A stretch of 64,000 bases of DNA from a virus. Lineage: Duplodnaviria > Caudoviricetes. The notes under the pieces are model-generated. The model was not told the DNA's origin, made no database searches, and was given only the letters and a program-made list of their open reading frames with translations. The position numbers and the translations under genes are program-made. The stretch is taken from the IMG/VR virus record IMGVR_UViG_3300037067_007633, positions 32,001 through 96,000 of that record; one strand, 5' to 3'. Positions 16,371-27,216 of this stretch are shown piece after piece (within the stretch, counting starts at the first letter, position 1; the number at the start of each line of letters is the position of its first letter).

Positions 16371-19300
16371 ATATAATTTTAAATTCAAAAAAGATATTCA
16401 ACAAATAGTAGACGAAGCTTATCTTGGTCTTGGCGATACCTCCTTATTAAAAATTAATAATGTGCTATTAAATGAGGCACAATATGACTATGATGATCCG
16501 GTAGTAGAGTTTTTAAATATAATGAGGAAGCCAGAAAATTTTCATGCTACTTGTAGGTGGCTTTTTGGTGTAGATATTGTTCCCTTTCAAAATGTAATTC
16601 TAAGATTATTATGGAAATATAAATTTCCCATGTTACTTGGTTCTCGTGGTTGTTCTAAAAGTTTTATGTTGGGATTATATTGTCTTCTTAGGGCTACTTT
16701 ACATCAAGGATGTAAGATTGTTATTTGTGGAGCTTCTTTTAGACAGTCTAAATTCGTATTTGAATATATGGAGGCAATATATAAAAAATATCACGTTTTC
16801 CAATCTATTGTTGGTGGTAGTAAATTTGAGGGTCCAAAGAGAGATATTGATAAGTGGACTTTTTACATTGGGAATAGTGAAGTAATCGCATGTCCGCTTG
16901 GCGATGGCTGCGTAAGTCCTTTCACTGCAACGACTTACGACGATAGATTTTCAACCATAGTTGATCGTAGTAATTTAACACAAAAGATATGGAGTAATGG
17001 TGAATTTAGAGAAATTTCTAATTTTCTAGACAACGGAATAAAACCAACAAAGATTGTTAAGACTAAAAAGGGTTATTATTTTGAGGCTACTTATAATCAT
17101 AGAATGAAAATTTGTCGAGACAGAGAAATATTTTGGATTCGTACAGACGAAATGAAAATTGGAGATAGAATACTAATTGACCGATCAGAACGATGGCATA
17201 ATGGTAATTTTGATTGTACTGATGATCAAGCTTATGCTTTAGGTTCTATGATAGGCGATGGATGTTGGACAGATAAATATAAATTAGGATATGCAGTACA
17301 TACTGATGATAGTTATCATTTTATTCCATATTTAAATAGCATTGGTGAATGGAAAAATTCAATTACTGATAAACAACATTGGCATTTATATGGTTATAAA
17401 AACATACAAAAATGGATAGACTTTTGGAAACTTCAACCTCAATGTTATGGTATTAATAAACAGTTACCTCCTAATATATTAACAGCTAACAAAGAAAGAA
17501 TGACAGCGTGTCTACAATCTTTATTTGATACAGATGGAACATTACAAGTAGGTCATGCCAAAGGAGGTACTTCTATTTGTGTTAGTTTTACTAATACAAG
17601 TAAAGTTTTAGTAGAACAAATTCACTATATACTTTTACACTACGGAATTATTTCTACTGTTAGTTCAAGAGATAGAAATGAAAAATGGAATAGAGCATAT
17701 GAACTTTTTATTAGCGGGCAAGATGTAATAAAATTTGCTAAACAAATAGGTTTTAGATTAAAAAGAAAACAGGATATTTTACAAGATGCTGTTAATCAAA
17801 AAATTCTAGTAAGTTCTATGGATGATAATATTCCAGATATAAAATCTGAAATGATACGAATAAAATCCAACTTTAAAGCACTAGAATATAATTATGGTTT
17901 ATGTATATCTAAAATTAAAAGCAAAAAGAATATTACTTTTGACTTTGCTCAAAAATTTTTAAATCAATATAGTCATATTCAAGATCCTTTTATTGAACAA
18001 TTAAAAACTTTAATAAATCCAAATATTTACTATGATGTGATTACTTCTATAGAAGATAGCGAATCGTCAACATATGATATAGAGATTCCAGAAAATCATG
18101 AATATTGTGCTAACGGATTTTTTTCTCATAATTCTACCATTAGAGGTATGCGTGCTAACTACATCATAGCAGACGAATTTCAAAGTATTCCAAGAGATAT
18201 TTTCGAGGTAGTTGTAAAAGGATTCGGTGCGGTTAGTGAAAGTCCATCTGAACGTGTTAAACATTATTCAAAAATACAATCATTAAAAGATTTATCTAAA
18301 TTAGAAGAATATAAAGATTTAAATTTGATGGAACTTGCCGATACCGTTAAAGAAGATAGCGGTTTTGGAAATCAAACTATTTTAAGTGGAACGGCATATT
18401 ATACATTTAATCATTTATATCAATACTGGAAAAAATATAAGGGAATAGTTACTTCCGCTGGAGATAGACGAATATTAGAAGAAATATTTCAAGGTGAAGT
18501 TCCTATTAATTTTAATTGGAAAGATTATTGTGTAATAAGAATTCCTTATACAAAAGTTCCAAGCGGATTTCTTGATGAAGATCAAATAGCTCAAGCTAAA
18601 GCTACAGTTGATAGATCAACTTTTATGATGGAATACGGGGCAGTATTTCCTAATGATAGTGAGGGTTTCTTTAAACGAACACTGTTAGAAAAAGCTACGT
18701 GTAAACCGCCAATTATGTTACCGTCTGGTCCTGTAGAGTTTTCTTCTACTTTATGTGGTAGTCCAAATAAAACTTATGTAATAGGAATTGATCCGGCATC
18801 TGAAAAAGATAATTTTGCTATTATTGTTTTAGAAATACAACCAGATCATAGAAGAATTGTTTATTCGTGGACTGTGAGTAGAGCTAAGATGCGGGAAAAA
18901 TTATTAAAAGCCGGTAAAAGTGTTCAAACGGGATTTTATACATATTGTGCTAATAAAATACGTGAACTATGCAAGAAGTTTCCAACTACACATATTGGAA
19001 TTGATAGTCAAGGTGGTGGTATAGCTGTTATGGAGGCTTTGAGAGAAACAGAAGGATTAGAAAAAGGTGAACTTCCCATTCTTCCTTATGTAAAACAAGG
19101 TGACGATGACCCGTTTTGGTGGGAAGCTCCAGACAAACCAACTGACGGTGAACCTGGATTACATCATTTACATTTAGTTAATTTTGCCAGTGCTGAATTT
19201 ACCGGAAAAGCTAATCATGGTATGAGAATGGATTTTGAAAATCAAGTTCTTATTTTCCCGTTTTTTGATTCTCTTACGTTAGGTGAGTCTTACAAGGATG

Positions 19301-19677
19301 ATAAAATAACTAATAGAGATTCTGATACTTTAGAAGATTGTGTGTTAGAAATAGAAGAATTGAAAAACGAATTAACAACAATTGTTATCACCGAAACAAC
19401 AACCGGTAGAGATCATTGGGATACACCTGGAATTAAATTACCTGGAGGTAAAAAAGGACGTGTAAGAAAAGATAGATATTCTGCCTTATTAATAGCTAAT
19501 ATGATTGCTCGTCATATTGGTAATACTATCAATGTACCAGAATACAAAGTTGCTGGTGGATATATTGGTGATCCTAAATTAAAAAATTGTACTAGTAAGA
19601 CAATGTATGTTGGACCAGATAATTTAGTAAGCAAAATGACAGGAAGTTATGGGGCTGGAGTTTATAGGGGAAGATAA
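16354..19677 (+). CDS. terL: Terminase large subunit, intein-containing
   Basis: SRGCSKS Walker A, IRG.RANYIIADEF Walker B, IGIDPA RNase H nuclease motif, KDRYSA. Confidence 0.9.
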   Translation: MLNLDKYNFKFKKDIQQIVDEAYLGLGDTSLLKINNVLLNEAQYDYDDPVVEFLNIMRKPENFHATCRWLFGVDIVPFQNVILRLLWKYKFPMLLGSRGCSKSFMLGLYCLLRATLHQGCKIVICGASFRQSKFVFEYMEAIYKKYHVFQSIVGGSKFEGPKRDIDKWTFYIGNSEVIACPLGDGCVSPFTATTYDDRFSTIVDRSNLTQKIWSNGEFREISNFLDNGIKPTKIVKTKKGYYFEATYNHRMKICRDREIFWIRTDEMKIGDRILIDRSERWHNGNFDCTDDQAYALGSMIGDGCWTDKYKLGYAVHTDDSYHFIPYLNSIGEWKNSITDKQHWHLYGYKNIQKWIDFWKLQPQCYGINKQLPPNILTANKERMTACLQSLFDTDGTLQVGHAKGGTSICVSFTNTSKVLVEQIHYILLHYGIISTVSSRDRNEKWNRAYELFISGQDVIKFAKQIGFRLKRKQDILQDAVNQKILVSSMDDNIPDIKSEMIRIKSNFKALEYNYGLCISKIKSKKNITFDFAQKFLNQYSHIQDPFIEQLKTLINPNIYYDVITSIEDSESSTYDIEIPENHEYCANGFFSHNSTIRGMRANYIIADEFQSIPRDIFEVVVKGFGAVSESPSERVKHYSKIQSLKDLSKLEEYKDLNLMELADTVKEDSGFGNQTILSGTAYYTFNHLYQYWKKYKGIVTSAGDRRILEEIFQGEVPINFNWKDYCVIRIPYTKVPSGFLDEDQIAQAKATVDRSTFMMEYGAVFPNDSEGFFKRTLLEKATCKPPIMLPSGPVEFSSTLCGSPNKTYVIGIDPASEKDNFAIIVLEIQPDHRRIVYSWTVSRAKMREKLLKAGKSVQTGFYTYCANKIRELCKKFPTTHIGIDSQGGGIAVMEALRETEGLEKGELPILPYVKQGDDDPFWWEAPDKPTDGEPGLHHLHLVNFASAEFTGKANHGMRMDFENQVLIFPFFDSLTLGESYKDDKITNRDSDTLEDCVLEIEELKNELTTIVITETTTGRDHWDTPGIKLPGGKKGRVRKDRYSALLIANMIARHIGNTINVPEYKVAGGYIGDPKLKNCTSKTMYVGPDNLVSKMTGSYGAGVYRGR
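16909..18132 (+). mobile_element. Intein with LAGLIDADG endonuclease in TerL (408 aa)
   Basis: Starts CVSPF, ends FSHN followed by Ser; motifs LGSMIGDG and LQSLFDTDG. Confidence 0.92.
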
Positions 19678-19683
19678 GAAGAG

Positions 19684-19693
19684 TTTGGTGTAT
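19684..19693 (+). promoter_or_regulatory. GGTGTA motif, putative late promoter
   Basis: Intergenic before portal; recurs at 24967, 34408, 34418, 35564 and 53518. Confidence 0.55.
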
Positions 19694-19743
19694 TTTATAT
19701 TGTCCTCTTTATTTAATTAGCAATTCAATTATAAGGGCAAACA

Positions 19744-21933
19744 ATGCCATTACAAGATAAAGAAAAAAGTCCGGTGTTGGGTTTTATTACTTGGAATCCT
19801 AATAATGCTGTAAGTGTTGAAAAAGCACAATTAGCTGCCGCAAAAGCTTTAGATGAATGTCAATTAGTTTCCAGGGCGGATCAATACACCAGAGAATTCC
19901 AAAATATATTACCAAATATATCTATTAGAGATGGATATTCTAGAAATGATTACGAATACTTTCGTAGAAATGAAAGAGTTCCGCAGAAACAAAAAGAAAT
20001 AATTAGATATTGTATGGAGGCTGCTAGAAAAATTGGTTTGGTACGCAATGTTGTTGATTTAATGTCAGATTTTGCTACACAAGGAATGGAATTAGTTCAT
20101 CCAAACAAACAAATTCAAAAATTTTATCGTGGTTGGTGGGAAACAGTAAAGGGCAAAGATCGTTCTGAAAGAATAGCTAGTTTATTAGTTAGGGCTGGAA
20201 ATGTTGTTGCAAAAAGAGTTGTAGCAAAAATTAGTGAAAAAAATGAAAAATTTTTAAGATCTTTGGCTTCTGAAGATTTAGAATCTTTCCCAGAATTACC
20301 CAAAATTGATAGAAGAACAATTCCTATTCGTTATGATTTTATAAACCCTTTGTCTGTGGAAAAATCCGGTGGTGAATTGTCTCAATTTATCGGAAAATCT
20401 ATTTATGCTATTAAAGTTCCGCTATCAGTAAAAAACAAAGTATTAACACCATCTAATGAACTAGAAAAAGAATTAGTAAAATTTATACCGGATTATTTAT
20501 ATAAGGAAATTAAATCTGGTAATGAATATTTTGTTCCAGATCAAAATAAATTAAAGGTTTGTCATTATAAGAAAGATGATTGGCAAGATTGGGCTGACCC
20601 AATGATTTATGCTATTTATGACGATCTTTTAATGTTAGAAAAAATGAAACTTGCTGATTTAGCCGCGTTAGATGGAGCTATTTCTCAAATTCGTATTTGG
20701 AAATTAGGAGACTTAGAACGCGGATTATTTCCAACTGATAAGGCTATTTCAAAATTAGTTGAAATACTAATGTCTAATCCTGGTGGTGGTGCTTTTGATT
20801 TAATTTGGGGACCAGATTTAACTGTAGAAGAATATAAAACAAATGTTCATCAATTTTTAGGTGGATCAAAATATGAACCTGTACTTAATAATATATATGC
20901 TGGACTTGGCATCCCTCCCACCCTTACCGGAAGTGCTAACGCTGGCGGTTTTACAAATAATTACATTAGTTTAAAAACTCTTATTAAACGCTTAGAATAT
21001 ATTAGAGATATTATACTTGATTTTTGGAAAATGGAAATTGAATTAATAAGACAGTCGATGGGTTTTAGATTTGGTGCTGAAATAAAATTTGATAGAATGG
21101 TTTTATCAGACGAAGCCGCTGAAAAGAAATTATTAATGGATATGGCGGATCGTTTACATATTTCAACAGAAACATTACGAGAAAGATTTGGGGAATCAGA
21201 CGAACTTGAAACTTTGAGATTAAGGCGTGAAGCCAGAGAACGCGAAAGCGGTACACGTACTCCTATTGGTGGTCCATATCTTAGTGCTGAAAAACAATTT
21301 GATTTAGCAAAGATAGCACTACAGAGAACTTTAATTACTCCAAACGAAGCCGGTTTAGATGTTCCAGAAAAATATAAAAAAGCCCCGTTCTTACAACAAT
21401 TAGATATACAAAAAAATAAAGTCAAAGATTCTCCTATTAGTGATGAGAATAAAGGCGTTTCAGGACAGGGTAGACCAAAAAATTCTAAAGATACCGAAAA
21501 AAGAAAACAAAAAGACGTTAAAATTAGAACTTCTGCAAGTGACATAGATATTAATATTGATAATATTAGTAAATTTATGGTTCATATGACTTGGGCAAAA
21601 GAAGCTCAACAAATTATTTCTGATATTATTACCCCGTCGTTTTTAGAGCAATTTGGTAAGAAAAATTTAAGAAGTTTAAGCAACGAAGAGTTTTCTATTG
21701 TTGAAAATATTAAATTTATGATATTAGCTAATACTCAACCGTTATCAGAAATTGGTGTATCTCAAATTAAGGATGTTGTAGATAATCCTAATTCTATAAT
21801 TCCACCTATTTATTCTAAGTTATATGATACTATGATCAAGGTAACAAAAAAAGAAAAGGGTAGTGAATTAACAGTAGATGAAACTCGTAATCTTCAAGCT
21901 TCTATTTATGCAATTTTAAATAGTATAGAATAA
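19744..21933 (+). CDS. Portal protein
   Basis: Follows TerL; LVRNVVDLMSDF, IYAGLGIP.TL, GQGRP C-terminal motif. Confidence 0.8.
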   Translation: MPLQDKEKSPVLGFITWNPNNAVSVEKAQLAAAKALDECQLVSRADQYTREFQNILPNISIRDGYSRNDYEYFRRNERVPQKQKEIIRYCMEAARKIGLVRNVVDLMSDFATQGMELVHPNKQIQKFYRGWWETVKGKDRSERIASLLVRAGNVVAKRVVAKISEKNEKFLRSLASEDLESFPELPKIDRRTIPIRYDFINPLSVEKSGGELSQFIGKSIYAIKVPLSVKNKVLTPSNELEKELVKFIPDYLYKEIKSGNEYFVPDQNKLKVCHYKKDDWQDWADPMIYAIYDDLLMLEKMKLADLAALDGAISQIRIWKLGDLERGLFPTDKAISKLVEILMSNPGGGAFDLIWGPDLTVEEYKTNVHQFLGGSKYEPVLNNIYAGLGIPPTLTGSANAGGFTNNYISLKTLIKRLEYIRDIILDFWKMEIELIRQSMGFRFGAEIKFDRMVLSDEAAEKKLLMDMADRLHISTETLRERFGESDELETLRLRREARERESGTRTPIGGPYLSAEKQFDLAKIALQRTLITPNEAGLDVPEKYKKAPFLQQLDIQKNKVKDSPISDENKGVSGQGRPKNSKDTEKRKQKDVKIRTSASDIDINIDNISKFMVHMTWAKEAQQIISDIITPSFLEQFGKKNLRSLSNEEFSIVENIKFMILANTQPLSEIGVSQIKDVVDNPNSIIPPIYSKLYDTMIKVTKKEKGSELTVDETRNLQASIYAILNSIE

Positions 21934-21936
21934 TAA

Positions 21937-23355
21937 ATGTATAAAATACCAACATATAAAAATGAAAATAAAATTTCTGATATTGTTTCTATTGGTAGCT
22001 CTCGTTTAGAATGTAAACTTCTTACTGATATAAATGAAAAAACTAAAGATTTTATTAATAACCAAGCAATAGCGAATTTAAAACTTAGCTGTGGAAGTTT
22101 AGATTTTGATTTATTTACAGTTTATAGTTTATTAGTTTCTACGGGTTGGAATGGTAATACAGACGTATTTTTAAAAGACGAAATTTATAATTCTTATTAT
22201 ACCCCTATTAATAAACCGTTTAATGTAGAACACATTCCAAATAAAATTATTGGACATATGACAAACACTTGTTTGGTTGACGATGAATATAATCCTATTG
22301 ATATGAGTTTAGCTATTGATGAGATATCAGATAAGCTACATATTTTAAATAGTTCTGTGATTTATAGACATATTGGTAGTAGAGATCCAAAATGGGAACA
22401 ACAAGTTGCCAATTGGATTAAAGAAATCAAAAATGGTGATTGGTTTGTTTCTATGGAGGTTTTATTTAAGAATTTTGATTATTCTTTAATAGATTCTAAT
22501 GGCGTTGAAGAAATTATTCAGCGAAATTCTGAAACTTCTCATATGTCGCATTCATTAGTATTTTATGGTGGAAATAGTATATATAATGGTAAAAGAATAG
22601 GTAGAGTTTTAAGAAATATAACATTTTCTGGTATGGGACTTGTTAGAAAGCCTGCTAATAAAGAAAGTGTAATTTCTAGTGATCCTGGTGTATTTAATAA
22701 TATATTCGCTTCTATTAATAAGGAGAGTGATGAAATAATGACTCAAGAACAAATTACAAAGTTAGAAACCGAATTAGCTGAAACAAAAGCTAAGTTGGTT
22801 GAGACCGAAGGACAACTTAATACTGCAAGGGCTAGCGAAGCCGAATTAGTTACATTAAAGACTGAAATTCTGACAATTAAAGATACTTTAAACATTAAGG
22901 ATGCTTCAATTGCTGAATTAACTGTAAAAGTTAAGTCGTTAGAGACAGCAAAAGCTGACGTTGATAATCAATTAGTAAAATCTCAAGAAGAATTAAACGC
23001 TATGAAAGCACAAGCATTAAAAGAAACTCGATTAAATGCTTTACGTGCATCTGCCGATTTTGCTGATGACGAATTAACTGCCATATTAGAACAATATATG
23101 TCATTTAGCGACGAACAATTTAATGCAGTTATTAATACTTTAGCTAAAAAGTGTAAAAAAGAAGTGGCTAATGTCAACGTAGAAATTGATAAAGTTGGTG
23201 AAGCTGCTACTACTGCTACAGTTTTGGAAAATATTGAAGTAGAAAATGATCCGAAACTTGCAAATGATGGTGTAAATAATGAAGAGATTGAACAAGCAAA
23301 AGCACATTTATCTGGATTTCTAGGTAATTTGATAAATCAGAAGACTAAAAAATAA
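21937..23355 (+). CDS. Prohead protease fused to a coiled-coil scaffold
   Basis: NGNTDVF, KPFNVEH...IIGH, VSME, FSGMGLV.KPA; C-terminal heptad region. Confidence 0.8.
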   Translation: MYKIPTYKNENKISDIVSIGSSRLECKLLTDINEKTKDFINNQAIANLKLSCGSLDFDLFTVYSLLVSTGWNGNTDVFLKDEIYNSYYTPINKPFNVEHIPNKIIGHMTNTCLVDDEYNPIDMSLAIDEISDKLHILNSSVIYRHIGSRDPKWEQQVANWIKEIKNGDWFVSMEVLFKNFDYSLIDSNGVEEIIQRNSETSHMSHSLVFYGGNSIYNGKRIGRVLRNITFSGMGLVRKPANKESVISSDPGVFNNIFASINKESDEIMTQEQITKLETELAETKAKLVETEGQLNTARASEAELVTLKTEILTIKDTLNIKDASIAELTVKVKSLETAKADVDNQLVKSQEELNAMKAQALKETRLNALRASADFADDELTAILEQYMSFSDEQFNAVINTLAKKCKKEVANVNVEIDKVGEAATTATVLENIEVENDPKLANDGVNNEEIEQAKAHLSGFLGNLINQKTKK

Positions 23356-23373
23356 TAAAGGAGAGACTTTACA

Positions 23374-23841
23374 ATGGGTTTAAAAGGTGATCGCCAAGAA
23401 ACTTCTTATGATGTTTCATTTTTCATGAACGAGGTAGCCGAAAGGGGTGGCGTTGTTACAATGTCAACTGCTGGTAGTGGTTCTGCCTTAGATCAAGCTG
23501 CCGCATTAGTAACTTATGCAGCCGCTCCATCAGGAAAAGTAGCCGTTGGTTTACTTTTAGCTGATATGGTTGATATTGACCAAACTAAATATCATGTAAA
23601 CTTCCATAAAAACGAAGTTCAAAAGGGTGGAAAAGTTCCACTTTTAACTGAAGGATGGGTTGTTACAGATATGATTTATCCTGGAGTAACACCAACCGCT
23701 GGTATTACTGCTTATTTAGCTCATAGTGGCTTGTTAGCTATTACTGATGTAATTGGTTCCAATATAAAAGTTGGTCGTTTTTATTCAACTAAAGACGAAG
23801 ACGGCTTTGCAAAAGTTTATGTAAAGCTACCACAGGTTTAA
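23374..23841 (+). CDS. Head decoration/cement protein
   Basis: 155-aa Gly/Ala/Val-rich ORF between scaffold and capsid; strong SD. Confidence 0.7.
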   Translation: MGLKGDRQETSYDVSFFMNEVAERGGVVTMSTAGSGSALDQAAALVTYAAAPSGKVAVGLLLADMVDIDQTKYHVNFHKNEVQKGGKVPLLTEGWVVTDMIYPGVTPTAGITAYLAHSGLLAITDVIGSNIKVGRFYSTKDEDGFAKVYVKLPQV

Positions 23842-23878
23842 AAATTTAATTATTTAATATAAAAGGAGAGATAATAAT

Positions 23879-24889
23879 ATGGCAGATGAAAAATTTTTCA
23901 GCAAGCCAACTGCGGAAGAGACAGCTTTACTAAAACGTACTGGTAGTGCTGATAGAGAAGTTGCTACTGCTGCTGCACGCGAACTTGCTATAGCTATTCA
24001 AGGTCCACTTCGTCAAGGTATTATGTGTGGAGATATTACTAATGGTATTTTCGAGCAAATTGTACTACAACCTGGTGCCGCTCCTGAATATCCACTTGAT
24101 TTACTAGCTCCTGGTACTGAAAAAGATTATGTTGCTTATACAATTCCTAAAATTGGTCGTATTCCAGAACGTAATGTTGAAGGTGACTATGTAACCGTTC
24201 CAACATACGAAATTGGTAATTCTATTAATTGGGCTTTACGTTATGCCAGAGACGCACGTTGGGATATTGTAGGTCGTAGTTTACAAGTTTTCCGTGCTGG
24301 TTTCGTAAAGAAAATTAATGATGATGCTTGGCATACTCTATTAGCAGCCGCATTAGATCGTAATATTATAGTTTACGACGGTGATGCTACTGCTGGTCAG
24401 TTTACCAAAAGACTCGTTTCGTTAATGAAAACCGTTATGCGTCGAAACGGCGGTGGAAATTCAACGTCAGCAAATCGTGGTAAATTAACCGATCTATATA
24501 TGTCACCAGAAAGTATGGAAGATATTCGAGATTGGAAAGTAGATCAAGTAGATGAAATTACCCGTAATCAGATCTTTAACGCTCCAGACGGAAGTTTAAG
24601 CAGGATTTTCGGAGTAACAATTCATGATATTGATGAACTTGGTGAAGATCAAGAATATCAGAATTTTTATACTAACCAATTATCTGGTGCGGTTGCAAGT
24701 GGCGACCTAGAAATTGTTGTTGGTTTAGATTTAAGTAAACCTAATTGTTTCGTAATGCCTATTCGTGAAGACGTTCAAGTTTTTGAAGATGACGGCTTAC
24801 ACCGTTCTCGTCAAAATGGTGTTTATGGATGGACAGAGCGAGGCGTTGGAGTATTATCAAATACTCAGTGTCTACTTGGATCATTATAA
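23879..24889 (+). CDS. Major capsid protein (HK97 fold)
   Basis: Size, position, strong SD, downstream terminator, IFGVTIH and GVYGW.E.G.GVL C-terminus. Confidence 0.85.
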   Translation: MADEKFFSKPTAEETALLKRTGSADREVATAAARELAIAIQGPLRQGIMCGDITNGIFEQIVLQPGAAPEYPLDLLAPGTEKDYVAYTIPKIGRIPERNVEGDYVTVPTYEIGNSINWALRYARDARWDIVGRSLQVFRAGFVKKINDDAWHTLLAAALDRNIIVYDGDATAGQFTKRLVSLMKTVMRRNGGGNSTSANRGKLTDLYMSPESMEDIRDWKVDQVDEITRNQIFNAPDGSLSRIFGVTIHDIDELGEDQEYQNFYTNQLSGAVASGDLEIVVGLDLSKPNCFVMPIREDVQVFEDDGLHRSRQNGVYGWTERGVGVLSNTQCLLGSL

Positions 24890-24917
24890 TCTTTTAATTT
24901 TCATAATTAAATAAATT

Positions 24918-24954
24918 AAGCCCCATTAAGAGCAATCTTGTGGGGCTTTTTCTT
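24918..24954 (+). terminator. Intrinsic terminator
   Basis: aagcccca...tggggctt followed by a T-run. Confidence 0.85.
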
Positions 24955-24963
24955 TATATTATA

Positions 24964-24975
24964 TTTGGTGTATAA
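24964..24975 (+). promoter_or_regulatory. GGTGTATA putative late promoter
   Basis: Immediately after the capsid terminator and before the next operon. Confidence 0.6.
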
Positions 24976-25020
24976 TTTAGTGGCTATAATTATTTTTAAT
25001 TATCAAGAGACTATATAAAT

Positions 25021-25713
25021 ATGTCTAGTTTAAGTGGATATAAATCAATAGTAGATATTTTAACGCCATATCCAACTGAATCTGGAGGTAGGGCTTTAAA
25101 TGACAACTTTGTAAATATAGCGGATCTTTTATCTGTTATTAATAATATTAGTGGTATACCTATTGTAGGTCAACCAATTTATGGAAATGTTTTAGCATAT
25201 GACGGTATTAATTGGGTTCCTTCCGGTGTAGTGTCATCCAGTTCTGGAACAACAACAACGTCTATTAGAAGTATTCCATTTTTTCCTAGTGATGCAGAAA
25301 TGCCACTATCTAACTATGCTAGTTATGATTCAATAGGTGGTAATTACGCTATTAAATTTTTAGCTAATAGATATGAACAAGTTGGTTTTTCTAACACTGT
25401 TCCTGTGGATTTTACAAATATATTAAACGGTAAAGTATCTGTAAATTATTATTTAGCTGAAACCGGAATTTTTAGCGGTGGAGTAAATTGGCAAGTATAT
25501 TTTGATGGTTTTTCAGATCATAGTTCTACATCTGGAGATACTACAAGTTTTACTACAAATTATAATGGTCAAGATGGATATTTACATACAGGCAGTGGAA
25601 TAGTAGATTCTGGATTGCATGTTTTACAACCAGAATATCATTTTAAAATGAATTTGGGTTGCAGTAGCACCAGGGATGTATATTTACTTTCAACGATATT
25701 AAAATTTTTCTAA
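25021..25713 (+). CDS. Putative virion protein (SG-rich)
   Basis: Beta-rich composition; GNVLAYDGINWVP fibre motif. Confidence 0.6.
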   Translation: MSSLSGYKSIVDILTPYPTESGGRALNDNFVNIADLLSVINNISGIPIVGQPIYGNVLAYDGINWVPSGVVSSSSGTTTTSIRSIPFFPSDAEMPLSNYASYDSIGGNYAIKFLANRYEQVGFSNTVPVDFTNILNGKVSVNYYLAETGIFSGGVNWQVYFDGFSDHSSTSGDTTSFTTNYNGQDGYLHTGSGIVDSGLHVLQPEYHFKMNLGCSSTRDVYLLSTILKFF

Positions 25714-25720
25714 TTAAATT

Positions 25721-27199
25721 ATGTCAATAAAACAAAGCGGTGTATTAGATATATCTGAATCATTTAATTTGCCAACTACTGGCTCTTTAAGTTTATGGGT
25801 AATTCCATTAGATGATAATTCAATTTATAATCCATCTGGATTGATTTGCGAATTTAATGATGGGTCTTCTAAACTAATACTGGGTAATAGTGGTGATAAT
25901 TATTATATTACAGCTAATATAAACGGTGTTCCTTCTTCTATTTATTTTCCTGATAGTGGTGGATTATCTCATTGTTCATTATATTGGAATAACGATAGTC
26001 AAACTGGGATTTTTTATCTAAATAATACACAAAATATTATTAATAATTTTACTGTTCCTAGTAGTATTATTCCTACAGGACATTTTTATCCCACTTCTGG
26101 ATTATCTGAGGTTGGATTGTGGTCTACAGATATATCGGCACATCAACAAGAATTATATAATCAATTTAATAATACGCATTTTAATCCTTCTAATTTAGAG
26201 TTATATTATCCTTTAGGCGGATTATATGGAAATAATTTAAATGATTATTCTAAAAACAAAAAGAATTTATATTCTAATACACAATTATGTTGTGATATAT
26301 ATATATTAGAAATTAGCGGTGTTGATACTACGTCAGATTATAATAACAGTTGTAGTGGAAGTGAGTGTTTAGATTATACATGTAATTCTTTAAATGGAAC
26401 TTTTATTGTAACACCACCATTAGGGTCTAGTAGTACTGGTTTATATTACGTTGATTTAAGTTATATACCTACAGATATTGCACTTTTAGCGTTAGATTTA
26501 TCAGATGGTACAACTTGTATACCGGGTTGTTGCTCATCATGTTCTGTTAATGGGGCGGATAAAATATATTATTTACCAATTACAAGATCGACGGGGTTTT
26601 GTGATATTGCAGACAGTACTAATTATTTAATTGGTAGTGTGGTATGGGTGGATGGTTTCAGTGTTGAACATAATAATAATTTATATTTAAATTTTAGTGA
26701 TTATCAAATAGATCCAATTTCATTAAGAATTGAGTTTAATATTACTGTTGATCCAAGTGAAATTTTTGGTACAACATATAGTGTTCCAAGTTTTACTACG
26801 TGCGATCAATTATATGGTGGTGTTAGTGCTGTTGGTGGTGGTAGTACTGGAAGTGTATTAATTTTTCCAACAAATCCAACAGCATCAATTATAAAAGGTT
26901 ATAGTTATTATAGACTTGTATTTAATTCTATGGGTGTATTATTAAGAATAGAATTGTTAACTTTTGAACCTTCTAGTATAGATATTGAAAACTATGCTAT
27001 GATTCTTAAATACACCGAAGTTATTTGGGAAAATCTTTTGGAAATTTGTGGTAGTAACGGAGATTTTATTACTTATAATGAGACATTTAATGGTGTGCCG
27101 TGTTCTAGGTTTAATTTTTCTCAAATAGCATGTAGTGGCAATAATAATACGATGTGGTTAGACAAACATATTCCTCCTTTATTAAAATATAGTTCATAG
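25721..27199 (+). CDS. Putative virion protein, LamG-like with a Cys-rich insert
   Basis: GSLSLWV...SEVGLWS...LELYYPL pattern; CC/CxxC clusters. Confidence 0.55.
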   Translation: MSIKQSGVLDISESFNLPTTGSLSLWVIPLDDNSIYNPSGLICEFNDGSSKLILGNSGDNYYITANINGVPSSIYFPDSGGLSHCSLYWNNDSQTGIFYLNNTQNIINNFTVPSSIIPTGHFYPTSGLSEVGLWSTDISAHQQELYNQFNNTHFNPSNLELYYPLGGLYGNNLNDYSKNKKNLYSNTQLCCDIYILEISGVDTTSDYNNSCSGSECLDYTCNSLNGTFIVTPPLGSSSTGLYYVDLSYIPTDIALLALDLSDGTTCIPGCCSSCSVNGADKIYYLPITRSTGFCDIADSTNYLIGSVVWVDGFSVEHNNNLYLNFSDYQIDPISLRIEFNITVDPSEIFGTTYSVPSFTTCDQLYGGVSAVGGGSTGSVLIFPTNPTASIIKGYSYYRLVFNSMGVLLRIELLTFEPSSIDIENYAMILKYTEVIWENLLEICGSNGDFITYNETFNGVPCSRFNFSQIACSGNNNTMWLDKHIPPLLKYSS

Positions 27200-27216
27200 T
27201 GTAAGGATAATAAATA

